From Eledone cirrhosa (lineage: Eukaryota), in NCBI GenBank assembly GCA_964016885.1, contig OZ024743.1, positions 79,236,001-79,300,000 of the forward strand: 64,000 nt of DNA, given 5' to 3'. The notes beneath the pieces are model-generated. The model was not told the DNA's origin, did not search any database, and saw only the letters and a program-made list of their open reading frames with translations. Below are positions 21,987-35,319 of this stretch, in pieces. Position 1 is the stretch's first letter. Each line of letters begins with the position of its first letter. Position numbers and translations under genes: made by a program.

Positions 21987-22075
21987 TTTTTTTTTTTTTT
22001 TTTTTTTTTTTTATTGTGCAATGGCCATACTCGATAACGAGGGGGCAGCCATCATATATGTATGTATGTGTGTAT
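17640..22075 (+). mobile_element. Full-length RTE-clade LINE (5' end may extend to ~17323)
   Basis: Conserved 5' UTR, a single intact ORF, a microsatellite-rich 3' UTR, a terminal hairpin at 22021-22053 and an ATGT-type tail. Confidence 0.92.
18028..21573 (+). CDS. RTE (BovB-like) ORF: APE endonuclease + RT + three C2H2 zinc fingers
   Basis: 1181 aa with WNVRTL, ALSETR, VYAPT, GDFNARVG, LLDY and WTDH; YRGISLLS, FVDLTKAFD and LYADD; three CX2CX12HX3-4H fingers at the C-terminus. Confidence 0.97.
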   Translation: MMFQNNVNEIIANLGSGTKRIIGNKGRGPKLSQPGPARHRAIVIEPNRAFSLGCWNVRTLLDRDSLERPERRTALVAKELRRYDLDIVALSETRLAGDGHLTEFCGEYTFFWKGRDEGTRREAGVGFAVKTVLVNKLEEFPVGISERLMSMRVPLDKGRYATLVSVYAPTMNSVDEEKLSFYHALKGVLRNIPQADKVIVLGDFNARVGRDFNTWNVNRRHGVGKCNSNGMLLLQMCEELDLCVTNTMFQQKNKFKTTWMHPASKEWHLLDYVLVRMRDRQDVRCVRVLRGAECWTDHRLVRAKVNLITKRKIRAPGVTLPKRLNAARLKDKNVKRTLEEEMQAADLGEDWPTLKKSVYDVGRRVLGLVQRKHQDWFNVKDVHIDDLLADKRRALSRYLTARPQERNTLHEELRDVKSRVRRSLSQMKDQWWSEKAGEIQTASDCNNTKLLYSLLREVYGPSSSLVTPIRSKDGKELLRDSQGILRRWREHFDNLLNQPSVVSEDFLNLIPESPVKVALAEPPTLVEVAVAISKLNSGRSPGMDGIHAELLQYGGERLLQHLHSLFGGIWANESVPEDWRDAVMVVLYKGKGNRNDCGNYRGISLLSVVGKVLCRVLLDRLLTHIADCVLPESQSGFRVGRGTTDMIFSARQLQEKCIEQGLDLYQVFVDLTKAFDTVNRDALWKVLQKLGCPDKFLALVRSFHDDMKAWINVGGNMSEPISVKNGVKQGDIPAPTLFAIYFAMVFCVAFRNCEHGVYIRYRTSGSIFNIRRFAAKTKVFTSVIRDLLYADDCDLVAHTESDMQHILNVFSDACTALGLTVSLKKTVVMYQPAPGRQYTEPNIYVYGKRLGVVDQFVYLGSTVNRYGNLDGEISLRIRKASDAFGKLERRLWGRRDICRRTKVRVYRACVLSCLLYACETWVTYRRHLKQLERFHQMCLRRIHGVRWRDHISDVEILESSMCDSIEALVLRQRLRWSGHLARMKDSRIPKQLFYGELVKGKRPPHKPKKRYKDSLKASLKDANISADTWENIAADRNKWRKTVYEGKVAFEASRIAHEKVKRDVRKGIAVALPDGEGPPMFLTCSVCARLCLSKAGLESHLRSHKVRPVVDYQAAVGDATHHACQTCGRECKSAGGLKRHAKVHELQPQPTIPSKCFGCRLCARHFRSLAGLKSHIRSQHC

Positions 22076-22094
22076 GTATGCATGTATGTATGTA

Positions 22095-22545
22095 TCTCTC
22101 CGGGAGAGATGACCCCTTAGCCGTTGTCAAGGCAGAATTCTAGGAGAAGGAAAACTCTGATATAACACCTACAACCCTGATGGTATCCAATGATGTTGAC
22201 TTGTTCTTCTTTTTCATCTTGGTTAAGAGAGTGGGACTGGCTTTGTACAGTGCCTTTGCTCACTATAAAAGCTTTACGGCACAGGCATTGCTTTATATTT
22301 GGAGATCTCTCTGCACTTGTCGTCACATGGTACCATGGGCCCAGCACTATGTGCCAATAATTGTCACAAGTGTAGTGTTTGTACCAGAGTTTTCAAGTCG
22401 CTGGCTGGACTAAAAAGTCACACTCGTTCAGCGCATCGGTAGGGGTTCTCCTACATGGATATGAAGTAGTGGCCGTACTCGAAAACGAGTTGGCGCCACC
22501 ATGTATGTATGTATCTATGTATCTATGTATGTATGCATACATGTA

Positions 22546-22580
<35 letters not shown>

Positions 22581-22595
22581 ATGTATGTATGTATG

Positions 22596-22626
<31 letters not shown>

Positions 22627-22690
22627 GTATGTATGTATGTATGTATGTATGTAAGTATGTATGTATGTAAGTATGTATGTATGTATGTAA
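22095..22690 (+). mobile_element. Internally deleted derivative of a related RTE family
   Basis: Divergent 5' UTR domain (ttctaggagaaggaaaactctgatataa...agagagtggga...ctcactataaaa...gcacaggcattg). Then HKCSVCTRVFKSLAGLKSHTRSAHR* (last zinc finger), the hairpin tggccgtactcgaaaacgagttggcgcca and a long (ATGT)n. Confidence 0.82.
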
Positions 22691-23091
22691 GTATATATGT
22701 ATGTCTTCTTCTGGTTTTATAATTTCCCAATTTTTTCCCAATAGAGAGAGAGTCGGTTTCTAACATAGACACAAGACTCTCTCATTGGAATTTACACAAC
22801 ATCAACTAGGTAGATATGTATGCATGGTCTGTATGTGTAGGTATGGATGTTATTGTATGTGTGGATGTGGATGTTTTGAGTTTATGTGTACATGTGTATA
22901 TGATTTGTATCTGTACATGTGTATATGCAGTTATTAGATACAGAATTTTTGGAGTGTCTTACATATTTTTACTGTTCCATTAATAGATTGTACTTGTAAG
23001 TTCCTATGTATGTATGTATTAATATGTATCTGTATGTAATTATAATTATAGTCACCATATTCCCCTTTCAGATCCACACACTTATTACGGT

Positions 23092-23638
23092 TGTAGCAAG
23101 AGTTGCCTCCCTTGTAGTGACGATCACATCACCAATAGATTAACGCTCTCTAGACAGGAAGTAGCTGGAGTTACTTCCCGTTGGGGGGCACAACCCTGTT
23201 TGTCACTTCCGTCTTGAGACCCTATAAAAGGGATACTCAGAGCGATCTCTCTCTCATTTGCCCTCTTCTAACTAGCCTCGCCCTTCGGTCAGGCGTCTTC
23301 GGCCAGGCGCGTTCGCCTAGCAACCCTAACATGGTATCTTGCGAGCTAACTTCAAAACGGTAACAAATAACTTTACTTCATTTTTTCATCTACTCATGGA
23401 CATGTCAACTATACTATTCTACATAACTTCAACTTGTTAATTAAACTTTATACACACAACTGAGTCTTTTGTTATATTCATACACACCAGTATTTTGTTA
23501 TACGGTCTTCAGTTTTTCTAATCTTCTGTATAAAGAACTTGGAAGATAGAGTCTCCAACCAAGCCCCCTGAAGCAGCTATCTAGGCAGGAACTTTTCCCC
23601 AAACCCTCGTGCATAAGATTTAGACGTGCCTTACTACA
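23092..23638 (+). mobile_element. Candidate solo LTR
   Basis: TGTAG...CTACA termini (5' end either 23092 or 23113), CCAAT at ~23132, TATAAAAG at 23223 and ATTAAA at ~23440. No convincing target-site duplication. Confidence 0.4.
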
Positions 23639-23877
23639 ATAACATATGAGAACTACATATGAGAACATATGATAGCTTCAACAAAGAAATACAATACGTC
23701 TATCCTGACCATAAGAATAACAGTGTGTAGGTGTAATTTTACCTGGTAACAAGGCCTCTTTAAATTTAGGTGCAGCATCCACTGTTGTGTTGTAAAGACT
23801 TACAATAGCTTTGTCACAATATACTAAACAATAACTACCTGGAAGTTTAGTATGCACGTATATATATATATATATAT

Positions 23878-23981
23878 GAAAAAGTATGACCCCGACGGCA
23901 GAGCTCAAGCCGTTTCGACGGCTATTTCCAGAAATAGCCGTCGAAACGGCTTGAGCTCTGCCGTCGGGGTCATACTTTTTC
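23878..23981. repeat. Perfect palindrome (51-bp arms, 2-nt loop) built from the 3' half of a hammerhead motif
   Basis: gaaaaagtatgaccccgacggcagagctcaagccgtttcgacggctatttc-ca-reverse complement. Confidence 0.9.
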
Positions 23982-24061
23982 CTATTTCCCACTCTACTAC
24001 CCTAAGTATTGAGTACTCTGGTGCGTTATGGTCCATCTGGTTCCTTACCACAATACCTTTG

Positions 24062-24097
<36 letters not shown>

Positions 24098-24178
24098 CGA
24101 AGGAAATGTGGTAAGGAACCAGATGGACCATAACGCACCAAAGTACTCAATACTTAGGGTAGTAGAGTGGGTAATAGG
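23981..24178. repeat. Inverted repeat (~83-bp arms) centred on (TA)n
   Basis: cccactctactaccctaagtattgagtac... versus ...gtactcaatacttagggtagtagagtggg, with few mismatches. Confidence 0.9.
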
Positions 24179-24203
24179 AACAAGTCTTACTTGTTCCTAT
24201 ATT

Positions 24204-24396
<193 letters not shown>

Positions 24397-24449
24397 GTGG
24401 AGAGTGAGGGTTAGACGGAAGACGAGTTATATATATATATTATAGATTA

Positions 24450-24508
<59 letters not shown>

Positions 24509-24584
24509 ATATTATATTTTGAGATTAAACTCTCAGTCGTTTACAATAAATCAGCTCCAAGAAAGGGGCATTTCCGAGCAGTTA

Positions 24585-25566
24585 AATACATTAATATATA
24601 TGATAAACACAAAACGTGTTTGCATTGTAACAGACAAAGTTAGCTATTAATGAAATAAACTAATTAAAGTGAATACAATTTGTCTGTCTCGATATAAGTC
24701 AATAAAGACAAGCTTATATTGGCAGAGGCCGTGATTCCTGGACAAATCTAAATTTCAAAATCCAAACCTGCTCCGCAGATGAATTTGAACTTCGAAACCT
24801 AAATATGTTTCGCAACGATGGTACATGAATTGAAAAATAAAGAGAATCGAAATGGAATTGAAATAAAAAGTGAAATATCCAAATCTTCTGTGCTTATCAA
24901 CAGGAACCCAGTAAAATTAGTACATTTCACCATCAAAAATTTTGCAGGTCTGATTACACGTGTATGTAGCCAGGCCAAACTAGCCGTCCCGCATTCCCGG
25001 TGCTAGAAATAACAGCCGTTTATGCGGGATTAAAGATCAGCTCTACAGTTAAGGAGCAATATACTATATTATATTTTGAGATTAAACTCTCAGTCGTTTA
25101 CAATAAATCAGCTCCAAGAAAGGGGCATTTCCGAGCAGTTAAATACATTAATATATATGATAAACAGGCTAGTTTGGCCTGGCTACACACACGTGTAATC
25201 AGACCTGCAAAATTTTTGATGGTGAAATGTACTAATTTTACTGGGTTCCTGTTGATAAGCACAGAAGATTTGGATATTTCACTTTTTATTTCAATTCCAT
25301 TTCGATTCTCTTTATTTTTCAATTCATGTACCATCGTTGCGAAACATATTTAGGTTTCGAAGTTCAAATTCATCTGCGGAGCAGGTTTGGATTTTGAAAT
25401 TTAGATTTGTCCAGGAATCACGGCCTCTGCCAATATAAGCTTGTCTTTATTGACTTATATCGAGACAGACAAATTGTATTCACTTTAATTAGTTTATTTC
25501 ATTAATAGCTAACTCTGTCTGTTACAATGCAAACACGTTTTGTGTTTATCATATATATTAATGTAT
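24585..25566. repeat. ~400-bp near-perfect inverted repeat (24585-24985 / 25167-25566)
   Basis: The same peptide MVHELKNKENRNG... appears on + (24818) and - (25334). The spacer holds a direct copy of 24504-24608. Confidence 0.93.
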
Positions 25567-26179
25567 ATATATATATATACAAATATAAATTAGCGAGAAT
25601 CGTATTTCAGCTCAGGAATTAACGAAAATCAACGTCCGATATGTGTGGCAAGCGCTCGATGATTCATGTGAATCAGAGCTACACCATACGTTAAGGGCCA
25701 AACACACTGAGATGATGGTTAAACAGATCATCCGCATAGCCAAAACAAACGACCAAGTAATTCGGGTCAAAGAATAAAAATATATGTGTTGATACTTTCC
25801 CGGACCCTGGACTGATGGTAAAATCCAGTATTGGTTTCTGCGACTCCAAAATCAGGTACTGTCCGCCTACATAAAGAATGTTGGGCTTCTGGTAAGATGA
25901 TTGAACAAGGAAGCCGTGTTATCAACGGGTTTTGCTCCAAAATGCTATAGATAAGTGTGGCTATTACTGACCCCACGTGGAGTTCAGCAAGGGAGGCAAC
26001 ACCTCTATTAGGCGAATGATTCAGTTGTGTATAATATTGCGAGAATGCAAAATATCACAAATCGAATAAAGCTCTCGACAGAATGGTTAAATATAACAGA
26101 GCTATTCAACAGTCAATAGAAGCAACTAAAAAAATCAATAAGATTAACTGCTCAGTAGCTAGACTATATATATATATAT

Positions 26180-26319
26180 AAGTGTCTTGCTCAAGGACAT
26201 AACGCATCACCTGGTTCAGGAATCGAACTCACAACCTTACGATTGCGAATCCAATTCTCTAACCACTCAGCCACACGCCTTCACATATATATATATGTAT
26301 ATATATATATGTGTTTATA

Positions 26320-26350
<31 letters not shown>

Positions 26351-26425
26351 GAAGGCGTGAGTTCGATTCCTGGACCAGGTGATGCGTTATGTCCTTGAGC
26401 AAGACACTTTATTTCACGTTGCTCC
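26180..26425. mobile_element. Inverted pair of family B tRNA-SINE heads around (TA)n
   Basis: agtgtcttgctcaaggacataacgcatcacctgg...gaatcgaactc on - and gagttcgattcctggaccaggtgatgcgttatgtccttgagcaagacact on +. Confidence 0.8.
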
Positions 26426-26608
26426 TTCTACCTGGAGTTGCGACCGATAGATAGTATTAGCAATTGGAAAGACCAACGGAAACATTGTTCCCTCGGTCCG
26501 ATTTGACGAAAGTCGATCGTTTCTTCATATATATATATAACTCGTCTTCCGTCTAACCACCATCCATTCTCTCACTCTCCACCGCTCTCTCTCTCTCTAC
26601 CTCTCTCC

Positions 26609-26641
<33 letters not shown>

Positions 26642-26648
26642 CAAACAC

Positions 26649-26730
<82 letters not shown>

Positions 26731-26967
26731 TATGTATAGAAATGACTTCTCCAGGACTAGAACTGTTTCATTCGTATGAAATCATCAGGAATGTCCCGTT
26801 CCTTCCTCTCATCATTCTTTAGTTTCTATTTATCTTCTAGTTCTAACTCTATCTTTTGATAAAGGACTAGTGTCCGAAACGTTAAGACTCCCTTTCTGCT
26901 ATTTCAAGCATTAAACTAATATATTTCTTCCGTGTACTGTGCCGTTTGTTTTGTCATTTCTGTTTAC

Positions 26968-27051
<84 letters not shown>

Positions 27052-27299
27052 GGGAGTGTAACGTTAAGTTACTATAGGTTCAGCCAGGTGAGCACTCAAT
27101 GTTTAAATTCACTTCAGTATCGAGGTGTAGAGCTAAACAGAGAGTAATATAATAATGCAAGGACGATTTGTTAAGCCTTCATTGCGTTTATTGATTGGTG
27201 ACGCGCGTTTCGCTATTGATCAGCTCAGGATTCGATCTGTATGGATCTGGTCCGACTCTGGAATCAAAAGCTCTTCGGACCTCTGCTGTTGTAATGACA

Positions 27300-27465
27300 G
27301 ATTATATATAATCGAACCCAGTATTAGATTGGTACTTTTTTTATTGACCTCGAATGGATGAAAGGCAAAGTAGACCTTGGCATGATTTGAAATTAAAAAG
27401 CAGAGAGCTGGAATGAATATCACAAAGTATTGTCTGACGTTCTAACCACCCTGTTAATTCGACAC
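27300..27465 (-). mobile_element. Degenerate family A SINE
   Basis: ggtactttttttattgacctcgaatggatgaaaggcaaagtagacc core. Confidence 0.7.
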
Positions 27466-27488
27466 CTTATGACGTGGTTAGGTCACTG

Positions 27489-27525
<37 letters not shown>

Positions 27526-27634
27526 ATTATATATATAGGTGTCTATAAGATCGTTGGGAGTCAGTCATGGTTGATGGATTTAAAGAAAAGGGAAATTCTT
27601 TAAAAGCTATATATATATATGTATGTATATATTA

Positions 27635-27721
<87 letters not shown>

Positions 27722-27725
27722 AATG

Positions 27726-27765
<40 letters not shown>

Positions 27766-27767
27766 GT

Positions 27768-27844
<77 letters not shown>

Positions 27845-28754
27845 ATGTGTGATAATATATATATATATATATATGTGTGTATGTGTGTGTGTATGTGTGA
27901 TAACCCATTCGTCATAGAGTGGCTTTGATAAGAGGAGATTAAAACAGACTCATCAACAGCTGTTGTTTTTCACGTGAAAATATGACAAACACATAAGAAA
28001 AATTTTCTATTCTTTATTAAATAAACATAAAAGGATTTGGTCATTGTTTTGTTTTACGTGGAAACTACACGCGCCGCCCACCTGTCCGACTGGCTGGCAG
28101 GTAGGACATTTGTAAAGTTAATAATAATCAGGGTTGCCCTATATCGTCAATCCTAGCCCTCCGGCTTCTAATTAAGAGTTTTTGTTCAGCAATTAGTAAA
28201 CTACTGATTTCCTTCTCAGGAAGTACAAAGACCTTTTGTAATATAGTGGGAAAATATATATTGTATGTGAGAGATTCATTCGCTTATTTTATCGATCTTG
28301 GTCAGACGAAATGTTACATCTGATATATATTATTGCTTCCTGGTTGTTGTTTTTTTACCCTGATCGATCTATGTTTGATGTTATAAGCTACAGTCTTGTG
28401 AAGGAACGTGACCAACTGCTGACGAACATAAGGTTGTCGGATCTATTCTCAGACTAAGTGACGCCCTCTGTCCTTTATGTTGCGCTGGTTCACTGAGATG
28501 AAAAGAAGTACCAATGTCAGCAGCTGGAGTTAACATTGTATTGGACTAGCGCATCGTCCAGGGGAACTTAATTCTCAGTCGTTTATTGCTCATCAAATTT
28601 GGATAAGTAGCGAGCTTCATCCAGCTTGTGCAGAACATGGAAGAAACAAATAATAACCTCACTGAGAGAATCAAACTCCGGGTGACTGAATCATGGGGCG
28701 GTGGTCTTTTAGTCCATAACTTGTCAGTTGTACTTACAAGGTAAATATTCACCC

Positions 28755-28798
28755 ACCTCCTCCTCATCATCATCATCACCACCACCATCATCATCATC

Positions 28799-28829
<31 letters not shown>

Positions 28830-28905
28830 CCACCATCATCATCATCATCATTATCATCATCATCATCATCATCATCATCATAATAATAATCATCATAATC
28901 ATCAT

Positions 28906-28937
<32 letters not shown>

Positions 28938-28942
28938 GCAGC
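28755..28942. repeat. (CAT)n/(CAG)n microsatellite
   Basis: Direct reading. Confidence 0.95.
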
Positions 28943-28995
28943 GTCAACTTCCTCAACAATAAAAAATAGCTTACATTTTCATTTGATCAAATTTG

Positions 28996-29572
28996 TCATC
29001 CTGTGGGCAGTCTGTGGTCAGCCTGTAGTCAGCCTGTGGTCATCCTGTGCTCAGCCTGTAGTCAGCCTGTGGTCAGCCTGTAGTCAGCCTGTGGTCAGCC
29101 TGTAGTCAGCCTGTATTCAGCCTGTGGTCAGCCTGTAGTCAGCCTGTGGTCAGTGTGTGGTCAGCCTGTGCTCAGCCTGTAGTCAGCCTGTGGTCAGTCT
29201 GTGATCAGCCTGTGCTCAGCCTGTAATCAGCCTGGGGTCAGCCTGTGGTCAGCCTGTAATCAGCCTGTGCTCAGCCTGTGGTCAGCCTGTAATCAGCCTG
29301 AGGTCAGCCTGTAGTCAGTCTGTGGTCAGCCTGTAGTCAGCCTGTGGTCAGCCTGTGGTCAGCCTGTAGTCTGCCTGTGGTCAGCCTATAGTCAGCCTGT
29401 GGTCAGTCTGTGGTCAGCCTGTGCTCACACTGTAGTCAGCCTGCGGTCAGCCTGTAGTCAGCCTGTAGTCAGCCTGTGGTCAATCTGTGGTCAACCTGTG
29501 CTCAGCCTGTATTCAGCCTGTGGTCAGCCTGTAGTCAGCCTGGGGTCAGTTTGTGGTCAGCCTGTGGTCAAC
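28996..29572. repeat. 11-bp minisatellite (GTCAGCCTGTG/A), ~52 copies
   Basis: Direct periodicity. Confidence 0.95.
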
Positions 29573-29654
29573 ATGTTATAAAACACCATTCAAAATCTTA
29601 TTCGTAAATATGAATTATATGGAATAGTGTAAGGTCCAGTTCCCAATTGGTATT

Positions 29655-32600
29655 GACCCTATATCCCACAACACTATTACCTTCACCCTATATCCCACGA
29701 CACTATTACCTTCACCCTATATCCCACGACACTATTACCTTCACCCTATATCCCACAACACTATTACCCTCACCCTATATCCGACAACACTATTACCTTC
29801 ACACTATATCCCACGACACTATTACCTTCACCTTATATCCCACGACACTATTACCTTCACCCTATATCCCAAGACACTATTACCCTCACCCTATATCCGA
29901 CAACACTATTACCTTCACCCTATATCCCACGACACTATTACCTTCACCCTATATCCCACAACACTATTACCCTCACCCTATATCCGACAACACTATTACC
30001 TTCACACTATATCCCACGACACTATTACCTTCACCTTATATCCCACGACACTATTACCTTCACCCTATATCCCACGACACTATTACCCTCACCCTATATC
30101 CCACAACACTATTACCTTCACACTATATCCCACGACACTATTACCTTCACCCTATATCCCACAACACTATTACCTTCACCCTATATCCGACAACACTATT
30201 ACCTTCACACTATATCCCATGACACTATTACCTTCACACTATATCCCACGACACTATTACCTTCACCTTATATCCCACGACACTATTACCTTCACCCTAT
30301 ATCCCACGACACTATTACCCTCACCCTATATCCCACAACACTATTACCTTCACACTATATCCCAATACACTATTACCTTCACCCTATATCCCACGACACT
30401 ATTACCTTCACCCTATATCCCACGACTCTATTACCTTCACCCTATATCCCACGACACTATTACCCTCACCCTATATCCCACAACACTATTACCTTCACAC
30501 TATATCCCACGACACTATTACCTTCACCCTATATCCCACAACACTATTACCTTCACCCTATATCCGACAACACTATTACCTTCACACTATATCCCACGAC
30601 ACTATTACCTTCACACTATATCCCACGACACTATTACCTTCACCTTATATCCCACGACACTATTACCTTCACCCTATATCCCACGACACTATTACCTTCA
30701 CCCTATATCCCACAACACTATTACCTTCACCCTATATCCCACAACACTATTACCTTCACCCTATATCCCACAACACTATTACCCTCACCCTATATCCGAC
30801 AACACTATTACCTTCACACTATATCCCACGACACTATTACCTTCACCCTATATCCCACAACACTATTACCTTCACACTATATCCCACGACACTATTACCT
30901 TCACCCTATATCCCACAACACTATTACCCTCACCCTATATCCGACAACACTATTACCTTCACACTATATCCCACGACACTATTACCTTCACCCTATATCC
31001 CACAACACTATTACCTTCACCCTATATCCCACGACACTATTACCTTCACCCTATATCCCACAACACTATTACCCTCACCCTATATCCGACAACACTATTA
31101 CCTTCACACTATATCCCACGACACTATTACCTTCACCCTATATCCCACAACACTATTACCTTCACCCTATATACCACGACACTATTACCTTCACCTTATA
31201 TCCCACGACACTATTAGCCTCACCCTATACACAACAACACTATTACCTTCACCTTATATCCCACAACCACACTAATACCTTCACCCTATATCCCACAACC
31301 ACACTATTACCTTCACCCTATATCCCACGACACTATTACCTTCACCCTATATCCGACAACACTATTACCTTCACACTATATCCCACGACACTATTACCTT
31401 CACCTTATATCCCACGACACTATTACCTTCACCCTATATCCCAAGACACTATTACCCTCACCCTATATCCGACAACACTATTACCTTCACCCTATATCCC
31501 ACGACACTATTACCTTCACCCTATATCCCACAACACTATTACCCTCACCCTATATCCGACAACACTATTACCTTCACACTATATCCCACGACACTATTAC
31601 CTTCACCTTATATCCCACGACACTATTACCTTCACCCTATATCCCACGACACTATTACCCTCACCCTATATCCCACAACACTATTACCTTCACACTATAT
31701 CCCACGACACTATTACCTTCACCCTATATCCCACAACACTATTACCTTCACCCTATATCCGACAACACTATTACCTTCACACTATATCCCACGACACTAT
31801 TACCTTCACACTATATCCCACGACACTATTACCTTCACCTTATATCCCACGACACTATTACCTTCACCCTATATCCCACGACACTATTACCCTCACCCTA
31901 TATCCCACAACACTATTACCTTCACACTATATCCCAATACACTATTACCTTCACCCTATATCCCACGACACTATTACCTTCACCCTATATCCCACGACTC
32001 TATTACCTTCACCCTATATCCCACGACACTATTACCCTCACCCTATATCCCACAACACTATTACCTTCACACTATATCCCACGACACTATTACCTTCACC
32101 CTATATCCCACAACACTATTACCTTCACCCTATATCCGACAACACTATTACCTTCACACTATATCCCACGACACTATTACCTTCACACTATATCCCACGA
32201 CACTATTACCTTCACCTTATATCCCACGACACTATTACCTTCACCCTATATCCCACGACACTATTACCTTCACCCTATATCCCACAACACTATTACCTTC
32301 ACCCTATATCCCACAACACTATTACCTTCACCCTATATCCCACAACACTATTACCTTCACCCTATATCCCACAACACTATTACCTTCACCCTATATCCCA
32401 CAACACTATTACCTTCACCCTATATCCCACAACACTATTACCCTCACCCTATATCCGACAACACTATTACCTTCACACTATATCCCACGACACTATTACC
32501 TTCACCCTATATTCCACAACACTATTACCTTCACACTATATCCCACGACACTATTACCTTCACCCTATATCCCACAACACTATTACCCTCACCCTATATC

Positions 32601-34970
32601 CGACAACACTATTACCTTCACACTATATCCCACGACACTATTACCTTCACCCTATATCCCACAACACTATTACCTTCACCCTATATCCCACAACACTATT
32701 ACCTTCACACTATATCCCACGACACTATTACCTTCACCCTATATCCCACAACACTATTACCCTCACCCTATATCCGACAACACTATTACCTTCACCCTAT
32801 ATCCCACGACACTATTACCTTCACCCTATATCCCACAACACTATTACCCTCACCCTATATCCGACAACACTATTACCTTCACACTATATCCCACGACACT
32901 ATTACCTTCACCCTATATCCCACAACACTATTACCTTCACCCTATATACCACGACACTATTACCTTCACCTTATATCCCACGACACTATTAGCCTCACCC
33001 TATACACAACAACACTATTACCTTCACCTTATATCCCACAACCACACTAATACCTTCACCCTATATCCCACAACCACACTATTACCTTCACCCTATATCC
33101 CACGACACTATTACCTTCACCCTATATACCACAACACTATTACCTTCACCCTATATCCCTCGACACTATTACCTTCACCCTATATCCCACGACACTATTA
33201 CCTTCACACTATATCCCACAACACCATTACCTTCACCTTATATCCCACAACACTATTACCTTCATCCTATATCCCACAACACTATTACCTTCACCCTATA
33301 TCCCACAACACCATTACCTTCACTCTATATCCCACGACACTATTACCTTCACCCTATATCCCACAACACCATTACCTTCACCCTATATCCCACGACACTA
33401 TTACCTTCACCCTATATCCCACAAAACTATTACCTTCACCCTATATACCACACTATTACCTTCACACTATACCCCCACGACATCATTACCACCACCCTAT
33501 ATCCCACGACACTATTACCTTCACCCTATATCTCACGATAGTATTACCTTCACTCTATATCCCACGACACTGTTTCCCTCACCCTATATCCCACAACACT
33601 ATTACATTGACCCTATATCCCACAACACTATTAACTTCACTCTATATCCCACAACACTATTACCTTCACCTTTCATCCGACAACACTATTACCTTCACCC
33701 TATATCCCACGACACTATTACCTTCACCCTATATCCCATAACAATATTACCTTCACCCTATATCCCACGACACTATTACCTTCACCCTATATCCCACAAC
33801 ACTATTACCCTCACCCTATATCCCACAACACTATTACCCTCACCCTATATACCACAACACTATTACCTTCACCCTATATCCCACGACTCTATTACCTTCA
33901 CCCTATATGTCACGACACTATTACCCTCACCCTATATCCCACGGCACTATTACCTTCACCCTATATTCCACGACACTATTACCCTCACTCTATATCCCAC
34001 AACACTATTACCTTCAGTCTATATCCCACAAAACTATTACCTTTACCCTATATCCCACACTATTACCTTCACCCTATATCCCACGACACTATTACCTTCA
34101 CCCTATATCCCACGACATTATTACCTTCACTCTATATCCCACGACACTATTACCTTACCCTATATCCCACAACCCTATTACCTTCCCACTATATCCCACA
34201 ACACTATTACCTTCACCCCATATCCCACAACACTATTACCTTCACCTTATATCCCACAACACCATTACCTTCACCCTATACCCCAGAACAACAATACCTT
34301 CACCTTATATCCCACGACACTATTACCCTCACCCTATATCCCACAACACTATTACCCTCACTCTATATCCCACAACACTATTACCTTCACTCTATATCCC
34401 ACGACACTATTACCCTGAACCTATATCCCACGACACTATTACCCTCACCCTATATCCCACGACACTATTACCTTCACCCTATATCCGACAACACTATTAC
34501 CTTCACCCTATATCCGACAACACTATTACCTTCACCCTATATCCCACAACACTATTACCTTCACCCTATATCCCACGACACTATTACCTTCACCCTATAT
34601 CCGATAATACTATTACCTTCACACTATATCCCACGACACTATTACCTTCACTCTATATCCCACGACACTATTACCTTCACCCTATATCCCACAACACTAT
34701 TACCTTCACCCTATATCCCACGACACTATTACCTTCACTCTATATCCCACGACACTATTACCTTCACCCTATATCCCACAACACTATTACCTTCACCCTA
34801 TATCCCACGACACTATTACCTTCACCCTACATCCCACAACACTATTACCTTCACCCTATATCCCACGACACTATTACTTTCACCCTATATCCCACAACAC
34901 TATTACCTTCGCCCTATATCCCACGACACTATTACCTTCACCCTATACCTACAACACTATTACCCTCACT
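29655..34970. repeat. 29-bp satellite (CACTATTACCTTCACCCTATATCCCACGA), ~180 copies
   Basis: Unit starts at 29672, 29701 and so on. More degenerate after ~33200. Confidence 0.97.
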
Positions 34971-35319
34971 TTTTACTCTCACTTCTCTAACCCTGCCTAT
35001 ATGAACCTACCTGAAACATGTCTGGCTTCTATGATACATATTTGTTTATTTAGATTTAAACCTTCCATCATCATTTCATGTTCGTTAATATTTTTTGTGT
35101 GTTTAATCAATAACCTTGTCTTTCTTTAACAAAAGTTAAACAATGATAGAAATATTTTTTTTAAAAGGTGGAAAGGGTAAAGAAGAGCAGATCTGGCTGT
35201 ATAGGAAAGTAGAGGAAAGGACTATAAATGCCATAAACGAGAGGAAAATGAGAGAAAAGCAACGAAGAATGAAAGGGGGAATGGGGAGGGTAACAGACTC
35301 TACATCTAACTACTTCTAA

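Noticed and set aside
29647-35004. Long ORFs (191, 332 and 365 aa) in the 29-bp array
   Set aside because: They are translations of a stop-poor satellite whose unit is not a multiple of 3.
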